Below, one piece after another: positions 54,501 to 64,000 of a stretch of 64,000 bases of DNA; positions within the stretch are counted from its first letter, which is position 1, and the number at the start of each line of letters is the position of its first letter. A program made the translations under genes and the position numbers. Origin of the DNA: Alphaproteobacteria bacterium. Its GTDB lineage: Bacteria > Pseudomonadota > Alphaproteobacteria > UBA7879. A model generated the notes under the pieces. That model did no database searches, was not told the origin of the DNA, and worked only from the letters and a program-made list of their open reading frames with translations. The stretch is taken from positions 24,114 through 88,113 of the forward strand of contig CBCXTT010000003.1 of the NCBI GenBank assembly GCA_965178295.1. The letters run 5' to 3'.

Positions 54501-55271
54501 ATGCATAAAAAATTTCCCCAATCAAAAATTATAAAAGAAATATCCTCTCTCGCCCTTGCTATTATTTTTGCGTTGACGCTTCGGACATTTTGGGCGGAAC
54601 CATTCTCTATTCCATCAGGGTCTATGATTCCAACAATGCTTATTGGAGATTATTTGTATGTGGCAAAATATGGATACGGATATAGTCGGTACTCTTTTCC
54701 CTTTTGGCCGAATGTCACACGCGGACGTTTTTTGGACACGAAACCTAATCGTGGTGACGTTGTTGTCTTTGTAGGCCCTCCTGCAGGAGGTACAGGTCAA
54801 GCAACACCAGACACCCGTTATATTAAACGATTAATCGGTCTGCCGGGAGAAAAGGTTCAGATCATTAAGGGGGTCCTGTCTATAAACGATGTGCCAGTAA
54901 CGCTAGAGCGTTTAGAGGATTATGAAGAAAAGAGCTCGACAGGCCGGATGCGCAAGACCCCGCGGTACCTTGAAACACTGCCGAATGGCGTGGCCCATCC
55001 AATTTTAAGAGAAGATACTGATGGCTTTGGCTTTGGAGATAATACCGACCCGTACATCATTCCAGCAGACCATTATTTTATGTTAGGTGATAATCGCAAT
55101 CATTCAGGCGATAGTCGTTTTCCCAGTATGGGTCACATTCATTATGATCAGCTTATTGGACCTGCTAAGTTCAGTTTCTTTTCCATTGATTCAAGCATTA
55201 TGGATTTATGGAAGGTCTGGAAATGGAATGAAATCATTCGCTTAGACCGGATTATAAAATGGATTCACTAG
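54501..55271 (+). CDS. lepB: Signal peptidase I
   Basis: IPSGSMIPTLL-type catalytic Ser box (SGSMIPTML) and GDNRNHSGDSR box. Confidence 0.9.
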   Translation: MHKKFPQSKIIKEISSLALAIIFALTLRTFWAEPFSIPSGSMIPTMLIGDYLYVAKYGYGYSRYSFPFWPNVTRGRFLDTKPNRGDVVVFVGPPAGGTGQATPDTRYIKRLIGLPGEKVQIIKGVLSINDVPVTLERLEDYEEKSSTGRMRKTPRYLETLPNGVAHPILREDTDGFGFGDNTDPYIIPADHYFMLGDNRNHSGDSRFPSMGHIHYDQLIGPAKFSFFSIDSSIMDLWKVWKWNEIIRLDRIIKWIH

Positions 55272-55942
55272 ACTTGAACGCGCTTGAGTCAACACTAGGT
55301 TATTCATTTCAGGATGAGATCTATTTGGTGCGCGCACTTACACATCCTGGTATGGCCCGGCGCCCCGAAGAATCTTACCAGCGGTATGAGTTTTTGGGAG
55401 ATCGTGTTTTAGGTTTGGCGATTGCTCACATTCTTTTCCAAAAATATCCTCGCATGTCAGAGGGAGGGTTATCGCGAGCACTGGCGCATTTTGTCTGTCG
55501 CGAAGCATTGGCAGTAATTGCAGAGCGTATCGGCTTGCCGGATTATATCATTTTGACGCAGGGTGAAAGGCGTGGTGGTGCTGCGCACAATGCATCTGTT
55601 TTGGCAGATAGCATGGAGGCTGTTTTGGCAGCCGTGTATATGGATGGCGGTATGGATACTGCTCAACAAGTGGTGCTCGCGCTCTGGACAGAAAAATTTC
55701 TTGAGTGGTCCAAGGCAATATTTGACGGAGATTCTAAGTCGCGATTGCAAGAATGGGCGCAATCCTCGGGCAAAGGGATCCCCGTATATGCTGTGTGTTC
55801 CAGCAATGGACCGGACCATGCACCTCAGTTTGTCATGGAGGTGCAAGTGCCTGGTATGACTCCAGTGCAGGCACAGGGGACTTCCAAGAAGGATGCTTCA
55901 CAACGTGCGGCGCAAGGGATGTTGAATGCGGTCGAGCAATAG
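55259..55942 (+). CDS. rnc: Ribonuclease III
   Basis: RNase III signature ERYEFLGDRVLGL. C-terminal dsRBD. Confidence 0.9.
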   Translation: MDSLDLNALESTLGYSFQDEIYLVRALTHPGMARRPEESYQRYEFLGDRVLGLAIAHILFQKYPRMSEGGLSRALAHFVCREALAVIAERIGLPDYIILTQGERRGGAAHNASVLADSMEAVLAAVYMDGGMDTAQQVVLALWTEKFLEWSKAIFDGDSKSRLQEWAQSSGKGIPVYAVCSSNGPDHAPQFVMEVQVPGMTPVQAQGTSKKDASQRAAQGMLNAVEQ

Positions 55943-55951
55943 AGACGTAGT

Positions 55952-56839
55952 ATGACAAAATTCGGATATGTGACTTTGCTAGGTATGCCAAATGCTGGAA
56001 AATCCACCTTATTAAACCAGCTTATGCAGGAAAAAATCTCCATTGTATCACGAAAAGCTCAAACAACGCGTATGAACATTTCAGGCATTTTAACAGTGGA
56101 TGAGACGCAAATTGTTTTTATGGATACGCCTGGTATATTTCAGCCAAAAGGTCAGCTTGGAAAATCCATGGTACGTGCAGCATGGAAAGCGGTAGATAGT
56201 GCAGATATTGTTGTGTTAGTGGCGGATGCCTCACAGAACGGTGTTGTCAATAAGATAGCGCATCTGATTGATGCGCTTGCGCGCAGGGAGCGTAAAGTGA
56301 TTGTTGCGCTCAACAAGATTGATAAAGTAAAGCGCACCTCCTTGTTGCCAATTGCACAAGAGTTGATGGTGGCCCCGTGTGTATCGGATATTTTTATGGT
56401 GTCTTCTACAAAAGATGATGGTGTACAGGATTTGAGTCAGTACTTGATTCAGCATATGCCAGGTGGGAAATGGTTGTATGATGCGGATCAATTGTCTGAT
56501 ATATCGGCACGTATCTTGGTTGCAGAGTTAACACGCGAGCAGGTATTCCATTTTATGCATGATGAAATTCCTTATGGTGTCATTGTTGTGACGGATACAT
56601 GGAATCTCCTGGAGAACAAGAGCCTCTATATTGCACAAACTGTTTTTGTGACACGAGAGCAGCACAGGGCAATTGTTTTAGGGAATCAAGGTGCATCACT
56701 CAAGAATATTGGCACAGCGGCCCGCCAAGAAATACAAAATATGCTTGAGCAAAAAGTGCATTTGGATTTATATGTCAAGGTAGATCCAAATTGGCAGGAG
56801 AAGCCCGAGTACTACAACAATCTTGGATTGGAGTTTTAA
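55952..56839 (+). CDS. era: GTPase Era
   Basis: GMPNAGKSTLLN, DTPG. C-terminal KH domain. Confidence 0.9.
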   Translation: MTKFGYVTLLGMPNAGKSTLLNQLMQEKISIVSRKAQTTRMNISGILTVDETQIVFMDTPGIFQPKGQLGKSMVRAAWKAVDSADIVVLVADASQNGVVNKIAHLIDALARRERKVIVALNKIDKVKRTSLLPIAQELMVAPCVSDIFMVSSTKDDGVQDLSQYLIQHMPGGKWLYDADQLSDISARILVAELTREQVFHFMHDEIPYGVIVVTDTWNLLENKSLYIAQTVFVTREQHRAIVLGNQGASLKNIGTAARQEIQNMLEQKVHLDLYVKVDPNWQEKPEYYNNLGLEF

Positions 56840-56845
56840 TGTTCT

Positions 56846-57571
56846 ATGGAGTGGCGAGATGAAGCTCTGATTTTGCACGTAAAGCCTTTGGGGGAATGCA
56901 AAGTCATATTGGATTTAATGACAAAATGCCATGGTCGCCATATGGGAGTGACAGCTGTTTCTAAAAAAGGTCCGAGTCGTGGTACTATGCAGCCAGGGAA
57001 TAAGGTGCATGTGTGCTGGAAGGCTCGTGTGTCTGAGCAGTTAGGACATTTTTCTGTGGAGCTTTTGGCTGCATCAGGCGCACTGCTCATCATGCATCCT
57101 CTGGGGATGCAGGTTTTTCGGCTTTCTAGTTTAAGTTTGCGCTTGTTTTTGCCCGAGCGTGCAGCTTATTTTTCTTTATATGCACATTTTGATATATTAA
57201 CCGTACTGTGTTCGAAGGGAGGGATAGAATGTGCATATGCACATTTTGAAATGAGATTATTGGAGGCATTAGGGTTTTCCTTAGACTTAGAGACTTGTGT
57301 AGTGACAGGTGCTCGGGAGCATTTACGATATGTGTCACCAAAGTCAGGATGTGCTGTTAGTGTAGGGGCGGCAGCACCTTATGTTAAAAAGTTACTTCGT
57401 TTGCCAGAGTTTTTAGTATATAATTCTTGTGCAACGCCCGTTGACCTTAGGGATTCCTATAAGTTGACGGGATATTTTTTGGAAAAGAACTTATCTGATC
57501 TTCCGCGATTTTCCTTATGGAGGACTGTGCGGAATGATGTAATACAAGCATTATTGAATGACGAAAATTGA
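56846..57571 (+). CDS. recO: DNA repair protein RecO
   Basis: RecO family, 241 aa. Position after era, as in the conserved rnc-era-recO block. Confidence 0.85.
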   Translation: MEWRDEALILHVKPLGECKVILDLMTKCHGRHMGVTAVSKKGPSRGTMQPGNKVHVCWKARVSEQLGHFSVELLAASGALLIMHPLGMQVFRLSSLSLRLFLPERAAYFSLYAHFDILTVLCSKGGIECAYAHFEMRLLEALGFSLDLETCVVTGAREHLRYVSPKSGCAVSVGAAAPYVKKLLRLPEFLVYNSCATPVDLRDSYKLTGYFLEKNLSDLPRFSLWRTVRNDVIQALLNDEN

Positions 57572-59765
57572 AAGCATAAATTTTAGAAAGGCCCTGAGTG
57601 ACAGATATTTGTCATATGCTTTATCAACCATAATGTCGCGGTCTTTGCCTGATGTCAGAGATGGGCTCAAGCCAGTTAATCGTCGTTTGTTGTACGCGAT
57701 GCAACAATTGAAGCTTTCCCCTGCGGGAATGACGAAGAAATCAGCCCGTATTATTGGTGATGTAATTGGTAAATTTCATCCACATGGTGAGGCGGCTATA
57801 TACGATGCACTTGTTCGGTTGGCGCAGGACTTTACACTCCGATACCCATTGATTGAAGGACAGGGGAACTTTGGAAATATAGACGGGGATAATGCAGCGT
57901 CTATGCGTTACACAGAAGCAAAAATGACAGATGTTTCAGAAGCGCTTTTAGATGGTATTCGTCAAAATGCTGTGGACTTTAAAGCCACATATGATGGCGA
58001 CGAACAAGAACCTGTGGTATTGCCTGCGAACTTTCCCAATTTATTAGCAAACGGGGCCATGGGTATTGCTGTGGGAATGGCTACAAGCATTCCGCCACAT
58101 AATTTGGATGAACTGTGCCAAGCGATTCTACATATGGTTGACCATCCACATTCATCAGTTAAACAGCTATTATGTTTTGTGCAAGGGCCTGATTTTCCAA
58201 CTGGTGGAACAATTGTAGACAGTCCAGATGTTATTCAGCGGGCATACGAAACAGGTCGAGGAAATTTTCGTGTGCGTGCAAAATATACAGTGGAGAATCT
58301 TCAAAGCGGACAATGGCAGATTGTTGTAACAGAGATGCCATATCATGTTCAAAAGGGAAAGCTTATTGAGAGAATGGCAGATCTTCTCTTGGAAAAGAAA
58401 TTACCTCTTTTGGGCGATATTCAAGATGAATCAACTGAAAAAGTTCGCCTTGTCTTGACGCCTAAATCGCGTGCAATCGATCCCAATATGTTGATGGCAA
58501 CCCTATTTAAGCACACAGATTTAGAGGCGCGATTTTCTCTCAACATGAATGTTGTAGATAAAAAAAACGTGCCACAAGTGATGAATTTACAGGAAGCGCT
58601 TCGTGCATTTCTGGACCACCGATTTGAGTCCCTTATGCGTTGCACCCAGTTTCGTTTGGGGCAGATCACTCGCCGTTTGGAAATTTTAGATGGATACAGT
58701 ATTGCGTTTATTCATCTGGATGAAGTAATTCGCATTATTCGTTACGAAGCTAACCCCGAAAGCATTATCAAAGAACAATGGGGGCTTACAGATACACAGG
58801 CTGAAGCCATTTTAAATATGCGGCTACGGGCGCTTCAAAAACTAGAAGAGATTTCCATTGCTGCAGAGCACGCAACATTATCAGACGAGCAACGCATGCT
58901 GAATGCACTGTTGATCGATAAGTCGTTACAAGGAAAACATGTGAAGGACCAGTTGCGTGCCCTGCAGAAAAAATTTGGCAAAAAGACGACGTTGGGCGCA
59001 CGCAGAACCCAATTTTCAGATGCAGGTGATGTGCAAGATATAGTGATTGAAGATGGGATGGAACGAGAGGCTGTGACCATTATTTGTTCTGAAAAAGGAT
59101 GGGTGCGTATAGCGAAAGGAACGCTTAAAAGTCCAGATGATGTGAAATATAAAGCTGGTGATGCAGAACGGCTGCTCATGGCTGCTGAAACAGTGGATAA
59201 ATTATTGATTTTTGTTTCAACGGGAAAAGTATATACATTACCGGTGCATACATTGCCTGGTGGGCGTGGATTCGGGGAACCTTTGAGCGTCTTATTGTCT
59301 TTAGATCGTGGGGTGAGTGTAGTGGCATTTTTGTTGTTTACACCACAAGATGATCGACGTATTTTTCTTGCCGCATCTGATGGGCGTGGGTTTGTCACCC
59401 CGATTGCAAATTTAGTTGCGCAAACTAAAAATGGTAAACAAATTTTAAATGTACCTGACAAATTGCGGGCGCAAGTGTGCATGCCTGTTGCAGGCGATTA
59501 TATAGCCATTGTTGGTGAAAATCGATGTCTGCTTGTTTTTGAGACCAAGCTTTTGCCTGAGATGACTCGAGGGCGTGGTGTAATTCTCCAAAAATATCGT
59601 GGGGGGTTTCTATCTGATATTGCCTTTTTTTCCCATGAGAGTGGCCTATCTTGGAAAAAAGGCACGCGCACATACTATGAACCTGAATGGGAAAAGTGGA
59701 TTGGTAAGCGTGGTGCTCCCGGGCGCTTTGTTCCACCAGGATTTTCAAGATCCAATAAATTTTAG
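57558..59765 (+). CDS. parC: DNA topoisomerase IV subunit A
   Basis: GyrA/ParC N-terminal breakage-reunion domain (RSLPDVRDGLKPVNRR..., active-site region). 735 aa favours ParC over GyrA. Confidence 0.8.
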   Translation: MTKIESINFRKALSDRYLSYALSTIMSRSLPDVRDGLKPVNRRLLYAMQQLKLSPAGMTKKSARIIGDVIGKFHPHGEAAIYDALVRLAQDFTLRYPLIEGQGNFGNIDGDNAASMRYTEAKMTDVSEALLDGIRQNAVDFKATYDGDEQEPVVLPANFPNLLANGAMGIAVGMATSIPPHNLDELCQAILHMVDHPHSSVKQLLCFVQGPDFPTGGTIVDSPDVIQRAYETGRGNFRVRAKYTVENLQSGQWQIVVTEMPYHVQKGKLIERMADLLLEKKLPLLGDIQDESTEKVRLVLTPKSRAIDPNMLMATLFKHTDLEARFSLNMNVVDKKNVPQVMNLQEALRAFLDHRFESLMRCTQFRLGQITRRLEILDGYSIAFIHLDEVIRIIRYEANPESIIKEQWGLTDTQAEAILNMRLRALQKLEEISIAAEHATLSDEQRMLNALLIDKSLQGKHVKDQLRALQKKFGKKTTLGARRTQFSDAGDVQDIVIEDGMEREAVTIICSEKGWVRIAKGTLKSPDDVKYKAGDAERLLMAAETVDKLLIFVSTGKVYTLPVHTLPGGRGFGEPLSVLLSLDRGVSVVAFLLFTPQDDRRIFLAASDGRGFVTPIANLVAQTKNGKQILNVPDKLRAQVCMPVAGDYIAIVGENRCLLVFETKLLPEMTRGRGVILQKYRGGFLSDIAFFSHESGLSWKKGTRTYYEPEWEKWIGKRGAPGRFVPPGFSRSNKF

Positions 59766-59789
59766 AACTAGAATATAGGATTTTGCAGT

Positions 59790-62700
59790 GTGTCCATGAT
59801 ACGTGAGTTTCCCACAAAAATATCACAATTGATGGCGTCTGAAATATGGGGCGGGGTGTGTCAGGGGTTTGATGCATATTTAGTTGCACAGTTTATTGAA
59901 CGCACTGGCGGCGTTGGAGTGTTTGTGGCTCGAGATGCCTGTCGAGCAGATGCATTCATTGAATGTTTTCGCTTTTTTAGGCCGAAAGTAGAAGTATTAT
60001 TTTTCCCAGACTGGAATACACGGCCGTATGATCGGTTAGACCCTAAAACAGATATCATGGCCGCGCGTTTGAATGTGTTGGCGCAACTCAAGGCACCATC
60101 CTCTAAACACTTTCTTCTTGTTACAACAGTTTCCGCCATCGTCCAAGTAGTGCCGCCGCGATCTGCTATCGACGGACATTTATTAAACTTATCTGTTGGA
60201 GCAGTCCTAAGTCGAGATGTTTTTTTAAATTTTGCCGCCCATCATGGTTACTATCGTCTGGAGACGGTAAGAGCACCAGGTGAATTTGAGATACGCGGCG
60301 ATATTATTGACATTTTTCCAGCATCTTTTGAACGACCGATCAGAATATATTTTCTGGAGGACACCATAGAACGTGTGCGTTTTTTTGATCCTATATCTCA
60401 AAAAAGTACTTCAGATCTCCTGAAAAAAATTATGCTTGTTCCAGCAAATGAGGTTTTCTTGACACACGAAACCATCGAAAATTTTTTACATCGATATCGC
60501 AATGCTTTTGGGGCTTCATCGTTACATGACCCTTTGTATAAAAGTATTGAGCAGGGGCGCTCATATCCTGGAATGACACACTGGCTACCATTTTTCTATG
60601 ATCAGTCTACGTATCTTAAGGACTATCTTCAGGATGCCACATATTTTTTTGATCACCAAGCCTCTGAAGTCTTTAATACACTGACTCTGCAAATAGCTGA
60701 TCATTATCAGGCGCGCATTTTTCAGTTGCAATCCAGTGAATATGTATCGTGTCGCCCTGTAACACCAGGGGATTTTTATATGGCACAAGAACAATGGAGC
60801 GACATGAAGGGTGTGCATTTCTCTCCTTTTGCCACTCCCGAAGATACCAGAACATTCGAGAGCAAGGCAGCACCACAATTTATGCCACGCAAAAACATGG
60901 AGCAAGAGATTGTGTATGCGCACATTAAGGAATTTTGCTCTACATGCAACAGCCCCATTTTATTTTCTGGAGAGACGACCGGTGATGTCGAGCGCGTGTC
61001 CCATTTTTTGGAAGGGCATGCTAGCATAAGCGTCACAACATGTTCTTCACTATCAGAGATGTCGCGCTCTAAAAGAGGTTTAGCGGTTTTAAAAATTGCG
61101 AATGGTTTTCAAAGCCCGTCTCTAACAATTTTATCTTCATTCAATTTATTTGGTGAACGTTTCAAGAGATCCGTGAAGCGCCGTTTAACGCATAAAATGC
61201 TCACACTTGAGACATCTGGATTTGAGGTGGAGGATCTTTTGGTACACCGCGACCATGGTGTGGGGAGATATGATGGCCTTGTAACGCTTGACACTGGACA
61301 GGGGCCGCACGATTACTTGCGTCTATGTTACGCTGGAGATGACCGCCTGTATGTGCCTGTGGAGCATATAGGCGTGTTGTCAAATTTTGGTAGGGCTAGA
61401 GATGTGGTGCTGGATAAGCTTGGGGCATCCGCATGGAAAAAACGTAAAGAAAATGTAGAAAAACGCATATTTGCTATTGCTGAAAAACTTATGTCTATTG
61501 CAGCAAAGCGTGCACTTGAAGTGGGTGAGGTATTAGAGCCACCCGAAGGAGCGTATCAAGAATTTTGCGACCAGTTTCCCTATACTGAAACAGACGATCA
61601 GTTGAGAGCAATGGAGGAGATTTCTAGAGACCTTGCTTGTGGAAAGCCCATGGAGCGGCTGGTATGTGGCGATGTTGGATTTGGAAAAACGGAAGTTGCA
61701 ATGCGTGCGGCCTTTATCTCTATTGCGTCTGGTGGTCAGGTAGCGGTTGTTGTGCCAACAACACTTCTTGCGCGCCAGCACTACCAAACCTTTAAAGAAC
61801 GTTTTCAGGGGTTTGCATTTGAGGTAGGACATCTCTCGCGCATAGTGAGCGGTCAGACACGAAAAAAAACCTTAGAAGGGCTCAAAGATGGGCGCATTCA
61901 AATTGTCATCGGGACGCACGCAGTTTTTGCAAAAAATATTTCTTTTCAGCACTTAAGTCTCATCGTTATAGATGAAGAACAGCATTTTGGTGTTGGACAG
62001 AAGGAGCGACTTAAAAATCTACATCCTGGTGTACATATGTTAAGCCTGTCTGCAACACCCATTCCGAGGACACTGCAAATGGCGATGACTGGTATTAAAG
62101 CAATGAGTCTCATTGCAACACCACCGGCGAATCGTTTGGCGATTCAGTCATTTGTTCTGCCCTATGATAGCGTGATTATTCGGGAAGCTGTGTTACGCGA
62201 ATATTATCGCGGAGGACAGGTCTATTATGTGTGTCCACGTTTGTCAGACATAGATAGTGTGTATCATGCCTTGACAACGCTTGTTCCTGAAGTGACTGTT
62301 GTGATAGCGCATGGCCAACTTCCTACAGCGCAACTTGAAAAAGTGATTACAGATTTTGCAAATGGGATATATCAGGTTCTGTTATCAACAAGTATCGTTG
62401 AGTCTGGCCTTGATATTCCCTCAGCCAATACATTGATTGTGCATCGATCAGACATGTTTGGGTTGTCTCAGTTGTATCAGCTGCGTGGCCGTGTGGGTCG
62501 TACTACAACTCGTAGTTACGCGTATTTTACGCTGCCACCATATCGTTATTTGGCAGAAAAGGCACAAAAACGTCTTGAAGCACTGCAAGTGTTAGACGGT
62601 TTGGGCGCTGGATTTTCTGTTGCAACGCATGATATGGAGATTCGGGGGACGGGCAATCTTGTAGGTGCAGAGCAATCGGGTTACATAAAGGAAGTAGGAC

Positions 62701-63224
62701 TAGAGCTTTACCAAAGCATGCTACAAGATGCAATTCAATCCCAAACCAAGGACGCAGTCCCTGCTGAAAAAAGGGATTGGCATCCACAAATTAATATAGT
62801 GATGGAAGTACGCATTCCTGAGAACTATGTTTCTGATTTGGGGATGCGCCTGGGCTTGTATCGGCGGATTGCGAATCTTCAAGGTACAAGTATGATAGAT
62901 GATTTTCGGGTAGAGTTAATTGATCGTTTTGGCTCGTTACCAGAATCGGTTGAGAATCTGCTAAAGATTGTGGTGTTGAAAAAACTATGCCTGTCCCTGT
63001 ATATTGAAAAAATTGATGCGGGGGATAGAGGTGCTGTGTTTACCTTTTACAAAAATCATTTTCCAAATCCCGAACAGTTGATACAATTTGTGACAGAACA
63101 CAAAGATTTTCTAAAGTTGCGTCCAGATCAAAAGCTTGTTTTATTGAGGGATTGGCCTGATGTGGATGCGTCACTTGAAGGGATAAAGTCATTTTTAGAA
63201 ACATTTTCTTCCTCTGTATTATAA
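59790..63224 (+). CDS. mfd: Transcription-repair coupling factor
   Basis: 1144 aa. UvrB-homology, RNAP-interacting and superfamily-2 translocase domains (GDVGFGKTEVA, DEEQHFG). Confidence 0.9.
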   Translation: MSMIREFPTKISQLMASEIWGGVCQGFDAYLVAQFIERTGGVGVFVARDACRADAFIECFRFFRPKVEVLFFPDWNTRPYDRLDPKTDIMAARLNVLAQLKAPSSKHFLLVTTVSAIVQVVPPRSAIDGHLLNLSVGAVLSRDVFLNFAAHHGYYRLETVRAPGEFEIRGDIIDIFPASFERPIRIYFLEDTIERVRFFDPISQKSTSDLLKKIMLVPANEVFLTHETIENFLHRYRNAFGASSLHDPLYKSIEQGRSYPGMTHWLPFFYDQSTYLKDYLQDATYFFDHQASEVFNTLTLQIADHYQARIFQLQSSEYVSCRPVTPGDFYMAQEQWSDMKGVHFSPFATPEDTRTFESKAAPQFMPRKNMEQEIVYAHIKEFCSTCNSPILFSGETTGDVERVSHFLEGHASISVTTCSSLSEMSRSKRGLAVLKIANGFQSPSLTILSSFNLFGERFKRSVKRRLTHKMLTLETSGFEVEDLLVHRDHGVGRYDGLVTLDTGQGPHDYLRLCYAGDDRLYVPVEHIGVLSNFGRARDVVLDKLGASAWKKRKENVEKRIFAIAEKLMSIAAKRALEVGEVLEPPEGAYQEFCDQFPYTETDDQLRAMEEISRDLACGKPMERLVCGDVGFGKTEVAMRAAFISIASGGQVAVVVPTTLLARQHYQTFKERFQGFAFEVGHLSRIVSGQTRKKTLEGLKDGRIQIVIGTHAVFAKNISFQHLSLIVIDEEQHFGVGQKERLKNLHPGVHMLSLSATPIPRTLQMAMTGIKAMSLIATPPANRLAIQSFVLPYDSVIIREAVLREYYRGGQVYYVCPRLSDIDSVYHALTTLVPEVTVVIAHGQLPTAQLEKVITDFANGIYQVLLSTSIVESGLDIPSANTLIVHRSDMFGLSQLYQLRGRVGRTTTRSYAYFTLPPYRYLAEKAQKRLEALQVLDGLGAGFSVATHDMEIRGTGNLVGAEQSGYIKEVGLELYQSMLQDAIQSQTKDAVPAEKRDWHPQINIVMEVRIPENYVSDLGMRLGLYRRIANLQGTSMIDDFRVELIDRFGSLPESVENLLKIVVLKKLCLSLYIEKIDAGDRGAVFTFYKNHFPNPEQLIQFVTEHKDFLKLRPDQKLVLLRDWPDVDASLEGIKSFLETFSSSVL

Positions 63225-63238
63225 CCTTTTCTTGCACA

Positions 63239-64000
63239 TTGAATGGACATTCGGTGGACGACTGTATTGAAGGTATTTTTCCTCATTCCTTTGTAGGACT
63301 ATCTTTGATTGATCTTGAAACAGGAGAAGAAGTTGTGCAGCACAATAGTAATAAATTATTTTCTCCAGCGAGTACAATAAAAGTAGCAACCGCCATTTTT
63401 GCACTCAAACGTTTGGGTTCATCGTATCAGTTTACGACAGCACTGTATAAAAAGGGGCATGACATTTATGTGTACTTTTCGGGAGATCCTAATCTGCGCT
63501 TGAGGAATGTAGAACGCTTGTTTGAAAAATTTAAGGACGTTTATGGACTCAATATCCAGGGCGATATTTATATTGTAGAGCCCTCCTGGCCCTTTGCTCC
63601 ACACTCAGAAACGTGGGCAGTTGAGGATACACATTTTTGTTATGGAACTGCCGTTCGTCCCTTTACGGTGAATGAAAATGCATATAGATTTCATTACAAA
63701 AACCAAGGGAAGGGAAAGGAGCCACAACCTGTTGATCACACACATCCTTTAGGGTTTCACGTTGTGCATGAAGTGGTCACAGCCTTTTGCCCAGAGGGGG
63801 TCGCGGATGAAAATTGTGCTTTAGATCGAAAGGATGATCTTTATGGCACTCGGATTTTTGGTCATATGCCCCATACGCTGAAAGAACTGAATTTGTGCTT
63901 GCCACTCCTGAACAAAGAAAGGTTTGCTGATGGCGTAGTTCGCACAGCGCTCTACAGGACCCAACTATCATTCAATGGACGTATTAGTTTTGCTGATGCA
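63239..64000 (+). CDS. dacB: D-Ala-D-Ala carboxypeptidase/endopeptidase, PBP4 (DacB, peptidase S13) family; 5' portion, runs off the window
   Basis: Manual translation gives ...GLSLIDLETGEEVVQHNSNKLFSPASTIKVATAIFAL... (SxxK active-site motif STIK). No in-frame ATG. Possible TTG at 63239. No obvious signal peptide. Confidence 0.6.
   Translation, partial: MNGHSVDDCIEGIFPHSFVGLSLIDLETGEEVVQHNSNKLFSPASTIKVATAIFALKRLGSSYQFTTALYKKGHDIYVYFSGDPNLRLRNVERLFEKFKDVYGLNIQGDIYIVEPSWPFAPHSETWAVEDTHFCYGTAVRPFTVNENAYRFHYKNQGKGKEPQPVDHTHPLGFHVVHEVVTAFCPEGVADENCALDRKDDLYGTRIFGHMPHTLKELNLCLPLLNKERFADGVVRTALYRTQLSFNGRISFADA

Overview
Alphaproteobacterial chromosome segment; the acpS-lepB-rnc-era-recO block and a single rsh are Rhizobiales-like. 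The window has three parts.

(1) Left edge, 1-8.9 kb: the T6SS sheath genes tssC (partial) and tssB lie on the minus strand. They are divergently paired with a tightly packed plus-strand six-gene cluster. Its genes encode a free-standing vWA (TerY-like) protein, a PP2C phosphatase, a divergent Hanks-type Ser/Thr kinase with a ~600-aa uncharacterised C-terminal region, a double-zinc-ribbon protein of unknown function, a single-MCE MlaD-like protein and a DUF330-like lipoprotein. This T6SS-adjacent phospho-signalling module is the most likely candidate for a novel system. It resembles a threonine-phosphorylation pathway but has a split vWA and no FHA protein in view.

(2) Middle, 9-32 kb: housekeeping genes trhO, lptCAB, an nfu-like Fe-S gene, a sleB-like hydrolase, a DASS transporter, accA, tRNA-fMet and an MFS transporter. 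They are interspersed with unusually long stretches free of long ORFs, including decayed sdhA and sdhB pseudogenes just upstream of rpsL. This is a signature of ongoing genome erosion.

(3) Right, 32.4-50.2 kb: the complete str-S10-spc-alpha ribosomal super-operon (rpsL through rplQ, with fusA, tuf, secY, adk, rpoA) behind a canonical sigma70 promoter. It is followed by ddpX-like, rsh, acpS-lepB-rnc-era-recO, parC, mfd and the start of a dacB-like PBP4 gene.

No CRISPR array, rRNA or transposase was seen. The ORF track calls non-ATG starts as M; true starts were adjusted where a family-typical N-terminus or RBS was visible.
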